A DNA stretch of 60,353 nucleotides from NCBI GenBank assembly GCA_035473255.1, contig DATIOK010000209.1, forward strand, positions 1 to 60,353, written 5' to 3'. Below, piece after piece: positions 37,261 through 44,990 of this stretch. The translations under genes were made by a program, and so were the position numbers. Within the stretch, counting starts at the first letter, position 1. Each line of letters opens with the position of its first letter. Source of the DNA: Gaiellales bacterium (lineage in GTDB: Bacteria > Actinomycetota > Thermoleophilia > Gaiellales > JAICJC01). The notes beneath the pieces were generated by a model. The model was not told the DNA's origin. It did not search any database and saw nothing but the letters and a program-made list of their open reading frames with translations.

Positions 37261-38085
37261 TTATGCGATTGTGGCGTTCCGCACGGCGGCGTGCATGATC
37301 TCGATCGGCGGCTCCGCGCCCGTGAACAGCCGGAAAGCCAGCGCCCCCTGCCCCACCAGCACCTCGAGGCCGTCCACCGCACGCGCGCCGCGCTCCCGCG
37401 CGGCCGCGATCAGGCCCGTCTCGGCGCCGTCTCCGCGATAGGCCAGATCGCACACCACGCGGCCCTCCAGCAGCCCCGCGTCGAGCGGCAGCCTGGCCGC
37501 CTCACCGGCCTGCCCGAGCGGGGTCGCGTTCACGATCAGCTCCGGCGCTTCACCGGCCGGCCAGTCGGTCGCACTCGCCCCCAGCTCCCGTGCCAGCTGT
37601 TCGGCCGCCTCTCGCCGCCGGGCCGATACCGTCACCGCCACGCCGGCACCGGCCAGCGCCGCCACCGCCGCCCGCGCCGCGCCGCCCGCGCCCAGCACCA
37701 GCGCACCCGGCCCCGGCAGATCCCCGATCGCGTCCAGCATGCCCTGGCCGTCGGTGGTCTCACCGCGCAGCCGCCCGCCGTCCAGCATCAGCACCGTGTT
37801 GGCCGAGTCCGCCCGGCACGCCTGCGGCGACAGCTCGTCGCAGATCGCCGCGGCCGCCGGCTTGTGGGGGATGGTGACGTTCAGGCCGGCGAACCCGAGA
37901 GCCGCCGCCCCGCGCAGCGCCTGTTCCAGCCGCGCCGGCTCGACCGGCATCGCCACGTAGGCCCAGTCCATGCCCAGCGCCGCGTAGGCCGCGTTGTGCA
38001 TCTGCGGCGAGCGGGAGTGCTCGACCGGCCACCCGATCACGCCCGCCAGCCGCGTGCCGCCTCCGATCGGTCGCTCACCCGCCAT
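37261..38085 (-). CDS. aroE: Shikimate dehydrogenase
   Basis: GWPVEHSRSPQMHN, GLNVTIPHK, SANT, TTDGQG, LGAGGAARA, VNATPLG, DGLEVLVGQG. Confidence 0.95.
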   Translation of the reverse strand: MAGERPIGGGTRLAGVIGWPVEHSRSPQMHNAAYAALGMDWAYVAMPVEPARLEQALRGAAALGFAGLNVTIPHKPAAAAICDELSPQACRADSANTVLMLDGGRLRGETTDGQGMLDAIGDLPGPGALVLGAGGAARAAVAALAGAGVAVTVSARRREAAEQLARELGASATDWPAGEAPELIVNATPLGQAGEAARLPLDAGLLEGRVVCDLAYRGDGAETGLIAAARERGARAVDGLEVLVGQGALAFRLFTGAEPPIEIMHAAVRNATIA

Positions 38086-39049
38086 GGTTCAGGAAGTCCT
38101 GGTAGTTGTTGGTGAAGTAGTGGCTGCCGTCGGGCTTCGCGACGTAGTAGAGGTAGTCGACGTGCGCGGGGTGCGCGGCCGCCTCCAGCGACTTCAGCCC
38201 CGGGTTGCAGATCGGCGTCGGCGGCAGCCCGTGCCGCACGCGCGTGTTATAGGGCGTGTTGGCCACCAGCTCGCTGTCGGTCAGCTGGTGCGTCCACGAC
38301 CCGTACTCGTAGAGCAGCGTGGCGTCGATGCCAAGCGTCATCCCCAGGTGCAGCCGGTTGTAGATGACGGCCGCGATCAGCGCCCGGTCCTTGTCCACCC
38401 GCGCCTCACGCTCGATCATCGAGGCGATCGTGAGCACGTCGTAGTTGGTCAGGTTCTTCGATCGCGCGTAGCTCATGTTCACCTGTGAGAACTCCTGCTG
38501 GAAGGCCCCCTCCTGTTGCGCGATCAGTGTGGCCGCGCGCTCGTGCCGCCGCACCGGGTAGGTGGCCGGGAACAGGAACCCCTCCATGCTGCGGGGGTGG
38601 CCGAACCCGGCGGGCGGCCTCGCGCGCGCAAGCGCCTGATTGTAGGCGGCCGTCGAGATGCCGACCGTCGGCACCCGCGCAGCGATCTCGCTGTTTCGGA
38701 ACCCCTCCGGCACCACCAGCTTGGTCAGCCGCACCTGGACGGCGCCGTTGTCCAGGGCGTGGATGATCACGTCGTAGTCGGTGCCCGCCCGGAACTGGTA
38801 GCGGCCAGCCTTGAACGACGACCCCTGACCCTGCTCCTTCGCGTAGTTCCGGAAGCGGCCGCCGTCGCTGACGACGCCGTCCTGCTGCAGGATGCTGCCG
38901 ATGCCCCCGGCGTCGGTGCCGCTCGGGATCACGACCGTGATCGTGGGACCATGCGGGTCCGCCGCCGGCTTCGAGGAGTCGGGCAGGACGCGGCGCACGC
39001 CCTCGTAGGCGAGCAGGATGGCCGCCACCAGGACGGCCAGTGCGATCAG
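38075..39049 (-). CDS. mltG: Endolytic transglycosylase MltG
   Basis: N-terminal TM, VVPEGFR, EGFLFPATY, IASMIEREA, VIYNRL, DATLLY, PYNTRVRHGLPPTPICNPG, YLYYV. Start is CTG 39049 (CTGA overlap) or GTG 39028. Confidence 0.92.
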   Translation of the reverse strand: MIALAVLVAAILLAYEGVRRVLPDSSKPAADPHGPTITVVIPSGTDAGGIGSILQQDGVVSDGGRFRNYAKEQGQGSSFKAGRYQFRAGTDYDVIIHALDNGAVQVRLTKLVVPEGFRNSEIAARVPTVGISTAAYNQALARARPPAGFGHPRSMEGFLFPATYPVRRHERAATLIAQQEGAFQQEFSQVNMSYARSKNLTNYDVLTIASMIEREARVDKDRALIAAVIYNRLHLGMTLGIDATLLYEYGSWTHQLTDSELVANTPYNTRVRHGLPPTPICNPGLKSLEAAAHPAHVDYLYYVAKPDGSHYFTNNYQDFLNHGG

Positions 39050-39435
39050 CCGGCGAGCCGTGTCAGGTACCCCTCGAGCAGGTGCGCGGCGGCCAGCGCA
39101 TCGTCACCGTGCTTCGAGCCGCTGGTGCGCCCCGCCAGCGTCGTGGTGAAGCGCTCGTCGTATGTCTCGACGGGAACCGGGCAGCGACCTCGCAAGCGCT
39201 CGACGAACGCCAGCGTCTCGCGCGCCTGCTCGCCCTGCTCCCCGCGCAGGGTCAGCGGCAGGCCCACCACCACCAGCTCCGGCCCTTGCTCGGCGATCCG
39301 GTCCAGCAGCACACGCATGCCGGCCGCGGTGCCGGCCTTCTGCACCACCGTCAGCGGCCGCGCCAGCGTGCCGGTGGAGTCACTCACCGCCACGCCGGTG
39401 CGGGCTCGGCCGTAGTCGAGCGCGAGCACCTTCAT
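39046..39435 (-). CDS. ruvX: Holliday junction resolvase-like / pre-16S rRNA nuclease RuvX (YqgF)
   Basis: LALDYGRARTGVAVSD, VVVGLP, DERFTT, DALAAAHLLEGYL. Confidence 0.94.
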   Translation of the reverse strand: MKVLALDYGRARTGVAVSDSTGTLARPLTVVQKAGTAAGMRVLLDRIAEQGPELVVVGLPLTLRGEQGEQARETLAFVERLRGRCPVPVETYDERFTTTLAGRTSGSKHGDDALAAAHLLEGYLTRLAG

Positions 39436-42008
39436 CCGGGTGAGCGGAGCCGCTCTCGGATCGCGGTCTCGGCGGCCGCGATCGCGGTCGCCAGCTGGGC
39501 CGGATCCTTGCCGCCGGCCCGTGCCATGGTGGGACGGCCGCCGCCGCCACCGCCCACGATCGGCGCGATCTCGCGGATCAGGTCGACCGCCGACAGACCG
39601 CGGTCGACCACCGGCTGGTCGAGCGCCACGACCAGATGCACCTTGCCGTCGGTCGAGCTGCCCAGCACCACCGCCGCCGGGGCGAGACGCGCCTTCACGC
39701 GGTCCGAGATGGCCAGCAGCGTGTCGGCGTCGATGTCATCGACCACCGCCGCGACGAACCGGACGCCATCCTGCTCGGACGCCGACTCGACCAGGCCGGC
39801 CTCGCGGCCGTTCCCCCCGCCGGAGGCCGGCGGGCCGCCGTCACGGGCCGACTTCCTGAGCTCCGCGCGCAGCCCGGCGGCCTCGTGCTCAGCCTCGTCC
39901 AGCTGGTCGGCACGATCGCGCAGGTACTCGAACGCGGCCTGCGACGTGATCGCCTCGATCCGCCGCACGCCCTGCGACGAGCTGGCCTCACGCAGGATCA
40001 CAAAGGGGCCGATCTCGGCCGTCGATCGGACGTGGGTGCCCCCGCACAGCTCGCGTGACATGTCCGGCACCTCGACCACGCGCACCTGGTCGCCGTACTT
40101 CTCGCCGAACAGCATCATGGCGCCGAGCTGCTGGGCGTGCTGCTTCTCGGTCACGAAGGTGTGCACGGGCCGGTTCTCGAAGACGTGGCGGTTCACGATC
40201 GCCTCCACCTGCCGCACCTGCGCCGGCGTGAGCGGGGCGTCGTGGCGGAAGTCGAAGCGCAGCTTGTCGGGCCCCACGTAGGAGCCGGCCTGGGTGACAT
40301 GGTCGCCCAGCACCTCGCGCAGCGCCGCGTGCAGCAGGTGCGTCGCCGTGTGGTTGGCCATCGTCGGGCGCCGCGCCTCGCCCAGCACGTGCGCGCGCAC
40401 GCGCTCGCCGGGAGCGATCGTGCCGTGCTCGAGGCGGGCCACGATCTGCTGGTCCGAGTCCTGCCTGATCACCTGCTCGACCACAGCTCGCCCGTTGTCT
40501 GACTCGATAACGCCCTGGTCTGAGACCTGGCCGCCCCCGGCCGCGTAGAACGGCGACTCGCGCAGCTTCAGCCGCAGCAGGCCGTCGCCCTCGTCGACCA
40601 GCCCGCCCACCTGCGTGCGAACGTCCAGCTGCTCGTAGCCGACGAACTCGGTCGTGAAGCCGGCGTCCAGCTCGGACGCGCCGTAGCCGACGGCGGCGGT
40701 GCTGGCGCGCGCCCGCTCACGCTGCTCCTCCATCAGCCGCGCGAATCCGGGCTCGTCGACCGTCACGCCGTGCTCGGCCGCGATCTCGGCGGTCAGCTCG
40801 AACGGGAAGCCGTAGGTGTCGTGCAGCTTGAAGGCGTCAGCCGCCTCGATCTGGGCGCCCGAGCGCTCCAGCACCTCGAGCAGCAGCTGCTGGCCGTTCT
40901 GGAGGGTCTGGGCGAACCGCCGCTCCTCGGCGGCGAGCAGCGCCGCAACCGAGCTGCGGTACTCGCCCAGCTCGGGATAGACGTCGCCGAGCAGGCCCAC
41001 CACGACGCCGTGCAGGCGCTCCGTGACCGGGCCCTCGATGCCGATCCGCTGGGCGTGCAGGAGCGCGCGGCGGATGACCCGGCGCAGCACGTAGCCGCGG
41101 CCCTCGTTGGAGGGCTCGATGCCGTCGCTGGCCAGGAACGACATCGCGCGGGCGTGGTCGGCCAGCACCCGCAGCGACTTGGTCTGGGCCTCGTTCGCGC
41201 CGTAGCGCGCACCCGGCCACCGCTCGATCTCGCGGATCACGTCGCCGAAGGCGTCGGTCTCGTACACGGAGTGCACGCCCGCGATCAGCGCGGCCACGCG
41301 CTCGAGGCCGCATCCGGTGTCGACGCTGGGCGCGGGCAGCGGCTCCAGGGCCCCGCCCTCGAGCATGTTGTACTGCAGGAACACCAGGTTCCAGTATTCG
41401 AGAAAGCGGTCGCACTCGCAGCCGGGCGCACACTCGGGGCGGCCGCATCCGTGCTCCGGCCCACGGTCGAAGTAGAGCTCGGAACAGGGGCCGCACGGTC
41501 CGGTCGGCCCCGCCTGCCAGAAGTTATCGCCGCCCAGGCGTACGATCCGTTCGCCGGGCACGCCGGTGTGGGCCATCCACAGCGCGATCGCCTCCTCGTC
41601 GGGTTCGACCCGCTCGTCGCCCTCGTAGACGCTGGCCCAGATCCGGCTGGGGTCGAGCGCGAAGCCGTCCTCGCGGATGGACAGGTCCCAGGCGCACTCG
41701 ATCGCGTACTGCTTGAAGTACTCGCCGAACGAGAAGTTGCCCATCATCTCGAAGAAGGTGAGGTGCCGGGCGGTGTTCCCGACCTCGTCGATGTCGCCCG
41801 TGCGGAAGCATTTCTGGACGGACGTCGCGCGCGGCGCCGGCGGCTGCTCGATGCCCAGGAAGTAGCGCTTCAGCGGCTGCATGCCGGCGGTCGTGATCAG
41901 CACCGACGTATCCCAGTCCGGTGGGACGAGGGAGCCGCTGGGCAGCTGGACGTGGCCGCGGGCCGTGAAGTAGTCCAGGTACCGCCGTCTGATCTCATGC
42001 GTGCGCAT
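39432..42008 (-). CDS. alaS: Alanine--tRNA ligase
   Basis: TTAGMQPLK, QKCFRTGDIDEVGNTARHLTFFEMMGNFSFG, CGPCSE, DTGCGLER, NEGRGYVLRRVIRRA, LHDTYGFP, NHTATHLLH, ELCGGTHV, GGGGR. Confidence 0.98.
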   Translation of the reverse strand: MRTHEIRRRYLDYFTARGHVQLPSGSLVPPDWDTSVLITTAGMQPLKRYFLGIEQPPAPRATSVQKCFRTGDIDEVGNTARHLTFFEMMGNFSFGEYFKQYAIECAWDLSIREDGFALDPSRIWASVYEGDERVEPDEEAIALWMAHTGVPGERIVRLGGDNFWQAGPTGPCGPCSELYFDRGPEHGCGRPECAPGCECDRFLEYWNLVFLQYNMLEGGALEPLPAPSVDTGCGLERVAALIAGVHSVYETDAFGDVIREIERWPGARYGANEAQTKSLRVLADHARAMSFLASDGIEPSNEGRGYVLRRVIRRALLHAQRIGIEGPVTERLHGVVVGLLGDVYPELGEYRSSVAALLAAEERRFAQTLQNGQQLLLEVLERSGAQIEAADAFKLHDTYGFPFELTAEIAAEHGVTVDEPGFARLMEEQRERARASTAAVGYGASELDAGFTTEFVGYEQLDVRTQVGGLVDEGDGLLRLKLRESPFYAAGGGQVSDQGVIESDNGRAVVEQVIRQDSDQQIVARLEHGTIAPGERVRAHVLGEARRPTMANHTATHLLHAALREVLGDHVTQAGSYVGPDKLRFDFRHDAPLTPAQVRQVEAIVNRHVFENRPVHTFVTEKQHAQQLGAMMLFGEKYGDQVRVVEVPDMSRELCGGTHVRSTAEIGPFVILREASSSQGVRRIEAITSQAAFEYLRDRADQLDEAEHEAAGLRAELRKSARDGGPPASGGGNGREAGLVESASEQDGVRFVAAVVDDIDADTLLAISDRVKARLAPAAVVLGSSTDGKVHLVVALDQPVVDRGLSAVDLIREIAPIVGGGGGGRPTMARAGGKDPAQLATAIAAAETAIRERLRSPG

Positions 42009-42096
42009 CGGGGCATTCTACCGGCGGGGCGGCCGGCGACCTGTACCACAAAGCGGTGATGGCGGCGGCTTGTGCGCTGGCGGACAATCCCATCTC

Positions 42097-42504
42097 GTGG
42101 ACACGTCGCTCCCCGCGCCCGGCTCCGATCGACCCCTCCGTGTGCTGATCGCAGACGATCACGTCGGGCTGCGCGCCATGATCGCCGAGGCGCTGCGATC
42201 CAACGGCTACGACGTTGACGAGGTTGGCAACGGCGGCCTGGCACTCGAGGCCATCCGGCGCGGCGACCACAGGGTGGCGATCGTCGATGTGCGGATGCCC
42301 GTGCTGGACGGGCTCGCCGTGGCGGCCCGTGTGCGCGAGGAGGGGCTGGCCTGCCGAGTGATCGTGATCTCGGTGGTGGATGACCCGGAGACGCGCCGGA
42401 GGGTGGCCGAGCTGGGCGCCGCGTTCCACCGCAAGCCGTTCCGGCTGGCCGACCTGCTGGCCGATGTGCGGGACGCCGGCACTGTCCCGCAGACGCTACC
42501 CTGA
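42097..42504 (+). CDS. Single-domain response regulator (receiver only)
   Basis: GTG 42097; VLIADDH, IVDVRMPVLDG (phospho-Asp), VISV, RKPF; no output domain. Confidence 0.85.
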   Translation: MDTSLPAPGSDRPLRVLIADDHVGLRAMIAEALRSNGYDVDEVGNGGLALEAIRRGDHRVAIVDVRMPVLDGLAVAARVREEGLACRVIVISVVDDPETRRRVAELGAAFHRKPFRLADLLADVRDAGTVPQTLP

Positions 42505-42508
42505 GAGC

Positions 42509-42823
42509 ATGCACGAGGACGACACCCTCAGCCGGTTCGAGCACTCCGAGCCCTTCACCGGCCGCATCGAGCCGCTGGACGGCTACGTGCTGGTGGAGCC
42601 GGTGGACGACGAGACCGAGACCAACGCCGGCCTGATCATCCCCGCGTCGGCCGAGTCTGCCTGCATCGCCGGAATCGTGGTGGCGGCCGGAGACGACGCG
42701 TCGGGCGTCGCTCCCGGCGACAAGGTGCTCTACCCTCGCGGCGCCGGGTTCGAGATCCGCATCGGCGGCCAGCCGAAGCGGCTGCTCGACCGGCAAGAGC
42801 TGATCGCGCGTCTGTACGACTAG
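42509..42823 (+). CDS. groES: Co-chaperonin GroES (Cpn10) family paralog
   Basis: ATG 42509; IEPLDGYVLVEP, mobile loop ETETNAGLIIP, GIVVAAG, VAPGDKVLY, ELIARL. Confidence 0.8.
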   Translation: MHEDDTLSRFEHSEPFTGRIEPLDGYVLVEPVDDETETNAGLIIPASAESACIAGIVVAAGDDASGVAPGDKVLYPRGAGFEIRIGGQPKRLLDRQELIARLYD

Positions 42824-42824
42824 A

Positions 42825-42845
42825 GGTCCAGGCCGAAGCCGGACC
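42825..42845. terminator. Hairpin between convergent groES-like and ytxH-like genes
   Basis: GGTCC-A-GGC-cgaa-GCC-GGACC; no U-tract. Confidence 0.4.
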
Positions 42846-42849
42846 GCGA

Positions 42850-43107
42850 CTACGCGCCCGTGTGCAGGTCGCTGATCTGGTCGTCGATCTCCTGGGACCG
42901 CCGCTCGGCCGCGCTCCTGCCCTCCTCGGCAGCCTCGCGCAGGTCGTCGGGGATCGTGCGCAGATCGGCGAACAGCTTGCCCGGCATCTCCGCCAGCACC
43001 TCGCCGATCGGCCGGTTCTCGTCCTCGGCGATACGCTTGGCGCGGTCGTATGCGAGCACGGCCGCCGCGGCGGCGGCCAGCCCCAGCATGCCCGCCAGCT
43101 TGCTCAC
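42850..43107 (-). CDS. YtxH-like small membrane-anchored protein
   Basis: GTG 43107 (GTGA overlap); N-terminal hydrophobic stretch followed by a charged helical tail; follows a DUF948 gene, as in ytxG-ytxH pairs. Confidence 0.65.
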   Translation of the reverse strand: MSKLAGMLGLAAAAAAVLAYDRAKRIAEDENRPIGEVLAEMPGKLFADLRTIPDDLREAAEEGRSAAERRSQEIDDQISDLHTGA

Positions 43108-43481
43108 ACGACCCCGCCGCGCTGGCCGCGCTTGCCGCGGAAGCTCTGGAAGGCCTGGGAGATCCCGGCCGAGACGCCCGACACCGCCCTCGCCGGCGTG
43201 CCCAGCACCGAGTTGATGGTGCGCACGCTCGAGTCGAGCGAGTCGGCCGCATCCACCGCGCTGTCGGTGATGTGCCCGACCTTCTCCAGCTCGTCGTTGA
43301 CGTGGTCGATCGTGGTCGATGCCTTGCCCAGCATCGGCACGACCTCGCCCATCGTCTGCTTGAGGCTGGTGTCGGCGGTGCTGAACAGGCCGCCCAGACG
43401 CACGAGCGCGTACGTGATCCCGACCCCGGTCAGGATCAGGAAGATCGCGAGCGCGATGCGCCATGCATCAGAAGCGTCCAT
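43104..43481 (-). CDS. DUF948 (YtxG/YoxC-like) membrane protein
   Basis: N-terminal TM followed by a coiled coil (VVPMLGKASTTIDHVNDELEKVGHIT). Confidence 0.75.
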   Translation of the reverse strand: MDASDAWRIALAIFLILTGVGITYALVRLGGLFSTADTSLKQTMGEVVPMLGKASTTIDHVNDELEKVGHITDSAVDAADSLDSSVRTINSVLGTPARAVSGVSAGISQAFQSFRGKRGQRGGVV

Positions 43482-43492
43482 CGTCGCCCATA

Positions 43493-44911
43493 TTACCCGG
43501 CTATCACTCCGCCGCCCACGATCACGTCTCCGTCGTAGAGGACGGCGGCCTGACCGGGCGCGACGCCGTACGCCGGCTCGTCCAGCTCGAGCTCCAGCCC
43601 GCCCTCCACCTCACGCACCGTGGCCGGCAACGCCGGTGACCGGTAGCGCAGCTTGGCCTGCACCCTGGCCATGGGCAGCACCATCGTCCCCGGCCGCACC
43701 GTGACGGTGCTCCGAGCCAGCGCCCGCCTTGGCCCCGCCACCACACGACCGCGGGCCGGGTCGACCTCCAGCACGAACAGCGCCTCGCCGCCGCCGACGC
43801 CAAGCCCCTTGCGCTGGCCGGGCGTGAACCGGTGCACCCCGTCGTGGCGCCCGATCACGCGGCCCTCGGCCGTGACCACCGCTCCCGCGCGGCCGGCCCC
43901 GCCGTGGCGCTCGAGGAAGCCGCGGTGGTCGCCCCCGCCCACGAAGCAGACCTCCTGGCTCTCGCGCCGGCCGGCCGCGGCCAGCCCGGCGGCATGCGCC
44001 TGCTGGCGCGTGTCGGTCTTGCGCTGGTCGCCCAGCGGGAACCAGGTGCGCGACAGGATCCGCTCGGGCACGCGGGCCAGCATGTAGGACTGGTCCTTGT
44101 CCGGGTCGGCGCCGCGCGCCAGCACCGTGTGCCCGCCCCGCTTCACGATCCGGGCGTAGTGGCCGGTTGCCAGCCGGGGTGCGCCCACCCGGTCGGCGAA
44201 GGCGGCCAGGGCGTCGAACCGGAAGCTGCCGTTGCAGCGCATGCACGGGTTGGGCGTGGTGCCCGCAGCGTGGCCGCGCACGAAGTCGTCCACCACCCGT
44301 GAACGGAAGCGGTCGCGCAGGTCAAGCGTGACGTGAGGCACGCCGGTTGCGTGGCAGGCGCTGCGGGCCGCTCGCACCGACTGCGGCGAGCAGCAGGCCC
44401 GGTCCGAGTCGGGAGCGTCGGGGTCGATCCAGAGCCGCAGCGTCACGCCCACGGGCTGCAGTCCGGCCTCGAGCGCCTTCAGCAAGGCGACGGCGCTGTC
44501 CACCCCGCCGGACATGGCGACGGCGACGCGGTCGGCGCGCACCGGCATCTGCTCGCGGTCCAGCGCCCGCGCGATCGCCGCGTGCAGGGCGTCGGCGGCC
44601 AGGGCCACGCACTCGCGGTTGTGCGGCTCCGGCCGCAGCTCGCTCTCGAGCTCGCCGGCGCCGATCATGGCGGCGGCCAGCAGGTCGCGACCCTCGGACA
44701 GCCGGCAGGCAAGCGACGCCGCAGCGGTCGCGTGCGGGCAGGCGAAGCTGCGGTGCCGGGCCTGCACCACCAGCCCGTCGGTCACGGCCAGCTCGATCCG
44801 CACGGCGTCGCCGCAGCTGGGGTCGCCCGCCTCGCCCCAGGCGGCACCGGGGCCGGCCGATCCAGCCCTGGTCAGGTCAAGCGATGCAGCGATCACGGAC
44901 GGGTGGTACAT
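43493..44911 (-). CDS. mnmA: tRNA 2-thiouridylase MnmA with an N-terminal IscU/NifU-like domain
   Basis: aa 1-117: MYHPSV..GDPSCGDAV..FACPHATAAAS..NRECVALAADALHAAI. From aa ~128: AMSGGVDS, ACCS, TPNPCMRCN, ATGHYA, KDQSY, ESQEVCF, TPGQRKGLG, GVAPGQAAVLY. Confidence 0.95.
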   Translation of the reverse strand: MYHPSVIAASLDLTRAGSAGPGAAWGEAGDPSCGDAVRIELAVTDGLVVQARHRSFACPHATAAASLACRLSEGRDLLAAAMIGAGELESELRPEPHNRECVALAADALHAAIARALDREQMPVRADRVAVAMSGGVDSAVALLKALEAGLQPVGVTLRLWIDPDAPDSDRACCSPQSVRAARSACHATGVPHVTLDLRDRFRSRVVDDFVRGHAAGTTPNPCMRCNGSFRFDALAAFADRVGAPRLATGHYARIVKRGGHTVLARGADPDKDQSYMLARVPERILSRTWFPLGDQRKTDTRQQAHAAGLAAAGRRESQEVCFVGGGDHRGFLERHGGAGRAGAVVTAEGRVIGRHDGVHRFTPGQRKGLGVGGGEALFVLEVDPARGRVVAGPRRALARSTVTVRPGTMVLPMARVQAKLRYRSPALPATVREVEGGLELELDEPAYGVAPGQAAVLYDGDVIVGGGVIAG

Positions 44912-44917
44912 GACGGC

Positions 44918-44923
44918 AGCCTA
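44918..44923 (-). promoter_or_regulatory. Putative -10 hexamer TAGGCT, 6 nt before the iscU-mnmA ATG
   Basis: Minus strand aaccatcTAGGCTgccgtcATG; overlaps the end of the repeat element. Confidence 0.5.
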
Positions 44924-44990
44924 GATGGTTCGGGCCGACGGTTGATTCCACGAGCTCCAGAGCCATACAGCTCGTGGAATCAATCATCTA
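44922..44990. repeat. Hairpin element related to the 26180-26347 element
   Basis: GACGGTTGATTCCACGAGCT (44937-44956) pairs with AGCTCGTGGAATCAATCATC (44969-44988): 15-bp perfect core, 12-nt loop; an extra TAGATGGTT at 44922-44930. Confidence 0.75.

Noticed and set aside
42009-42096. T-box riboswitch upstream of alaS (also checked for glyQ and hisS)
   Set aside because: No room and no T-box motif; alaS and glyQ have -10 hexamers just before the start, and hisS is overlap-coupled.
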